Made by a program: the position numbers and the translations under genes
In this document: positions 46,176-47,211 of the stretch, in pieces
Layout: every line of letters starts with the position of its first letter
How positions within the stretch are numbered: position 1 is the first letter of the stretch
Source: Gemmatimonadota bacterium
GTDB lineage: Bacteria; Gemmatimonadota; Gemmatimonadetes; Longimicrobiales; RSA9
Direction of reading: 5' to 3'
Length of the DNA stretch: 47,211 bases
Assembly: GCA_040905425.1 (NCBI GenBank)
Contig: JBBDRO010000028.1
Span: forward strand, 2,265-49,475
The notes under the pieces: model-generated
Seen by the model: only the letters and a program-made list of their open reading frames with translations
What the model was told of the DNA's origin: nothing
Database searches by the model: none

Positions 46176-46931
46176 TCAAGCCGGGAAGCGCGCGCGGTGG
46201 TTGGCGTGGCCCGCGCGGCTGGGCGGCCCGGCCGCGCGTGGCTTGCGCTGCGCGCCACCCTGCGCGGCGCCGTTGCCGGCGCCGCCGTTCGTGCGACCCG
46301 CGTGCGCCCCACCACCGTTGCCCTCGGCCCCGACGGGCGCGGGCCAGGAGGTCGGCCGCTCCTCGGCGGCGATCTGGTCCAGCACCAGCATGTAGAGCAC
46401 GGCCGCGAGGGTGGGCGGCACGGGCACCATCTCCGTGTAGAGGATGCACGCCTCGTGGATGGTCCGCCGTTCCGCCACCAGCTTCACGAAGCCGTTGGCG
46501 TGCCGCACGTGCGTCTCCAGCAGCGCGGTCTGCACCACGCCGGTGTGGAGCACCACCGCGCGCCGGAGATCATCATGCACCCGGCCGCGCAGCTGGCGCC
46601 GCAGCAGGCGGAGCAGCGACCGGTCATCCTGAACTTCCTCGTCGGCAGCCGGGGGCGCGGCAGCGCGCGCCGTGGCGGCCCCGGGCGGTCGCTCCAGGGA
46701 GGCCAGCACGCGCGTGGCCAGGATCTCCCCGGCGGGCCCGGAGACATCCAGCAACCGCATGTAGATGTCCAGCATGCGCAGGTCCGGAACCCGGCCCTCG
46801 GCATGACGGATGAGTTCGAGCGCGCGCTCCACGTGCAGCTGCGCGACCGCTTCACGCGCCACCGCCGCCGCCACCTGCAGATCACGCAGGACGGCCGCCG
46901 GGAGCTTTCCTGAGGAGAATGGCCTGGGCAT
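46176..46931 (-). CDS. Hypothetical alpha-helical protein
   Basis: 251-aa ORF with GC-rich third positions, AGGAG RBS before ATG, low-complexity tail. No recognisable motif. Confidence 0.65.
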   Translation of the reverse strand: MPRPFSSGKLPAAVLRDLQVAAAVAREAVAQLHVERALELIRHAEGRVPDLRMLDIYMRLLDVSGPAGEILATRVLASLERPPGAATARAAAPPAADEEVQDDRSLLRLLRRQLRGRVHDDLRRAVVLHTGVVQTALLETHVRHANGFVKLVAERRTIHEACILYTEMVPVPPTLAAVLYMLVLDQIAAEERPTSWPAPVGAEGNGGGAHAGRTNGGAGNGAAQGGAQRKPRAAGPPSRAGHANHRARFPA

Positions 46932-47148
46932 GGATACTCCTGTCCCATGGTGCTACGGAGAGAGGTGCTGAATGCGGCAACCCCCGTTCCCGGACCGCCG
47001 CGGGGCGGGGCGAAGGCTGCCTAAACTCCTGCCCACGACCGGTTTGGGTGGTGGCGCCGGGTGGGCGGGGCGGACGGCGGGAGGTGGGCGGATCCACTAA
47101 TTCGTGCTGAGGGACGGCAAAATTTTGCGGACCCGGCGCCGGCCAGAG

Positions 47149-47211
47149 GGCGGCCTCAGCGGCGGCCTCAGCGGCGGCCTCAGCGGCGGCCTCAGCGGCG
47201 GCCTCAGCGGC
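47149..47211. repeat. 12-bp tandem repeat (GGCGGCCTCAGC) x5.25 at the window edge
   Basis: Read directly. Confidence 0.95.

Overview
High-GC chromosomal segment. The gene repertoire (GWxTD lipoprotein, BamA-like paralogue, secreted beta-propeller) suggests Gemmatimonadota; this is inference only. Both ends stop inside a 63-bp tandem repeat, so the window is probably a whole contig. Core content: HD phosphohydrolase (partial), pckA, a seven-gene coupled operon ending in methyltransferase / FAD oxidoreductase / SRPBCC cyclase / ketosynthase, an OmpA-like barrel with an atypical C-terminus, a DUF4126 protein, a sigma-70 factor behind a terminator-containing leader, and a short ssb. Further along are polA, a cold-shock protein, a lytic transglycosylase, a GWxTD protein, an orphan MotA/TolQ/ExbB gene, an oppABCDF-type ABC transporter, lipM-gcvH, a stand-alone HisKA protein and an acyl-CoA dehydrogenase. 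A ~9-kb integrase-free defence islet (Fic, type III-like Res, YhcG/DUF1016, Mod) lies between ssb and the polA 3' end. Most notable: (1) a parS-like palindrome TGTTACACGTGTAACA recurring four times across the islet, once inside mod codons; (2) a mosaic of gene scars at the polA 3' end, including a diverged, internally deleted polA copy; (3) a ~315-nt structured RNA (43870-44186) with a 13-nt perfect Shine-Dalgarno, a 20-codon sORF, mutually exclusive helices and a terminator; (4) a ketosynthase-cyclase cluster with no ACP or CLF. All assignments come from motif recognition by eye; no database searches were run.
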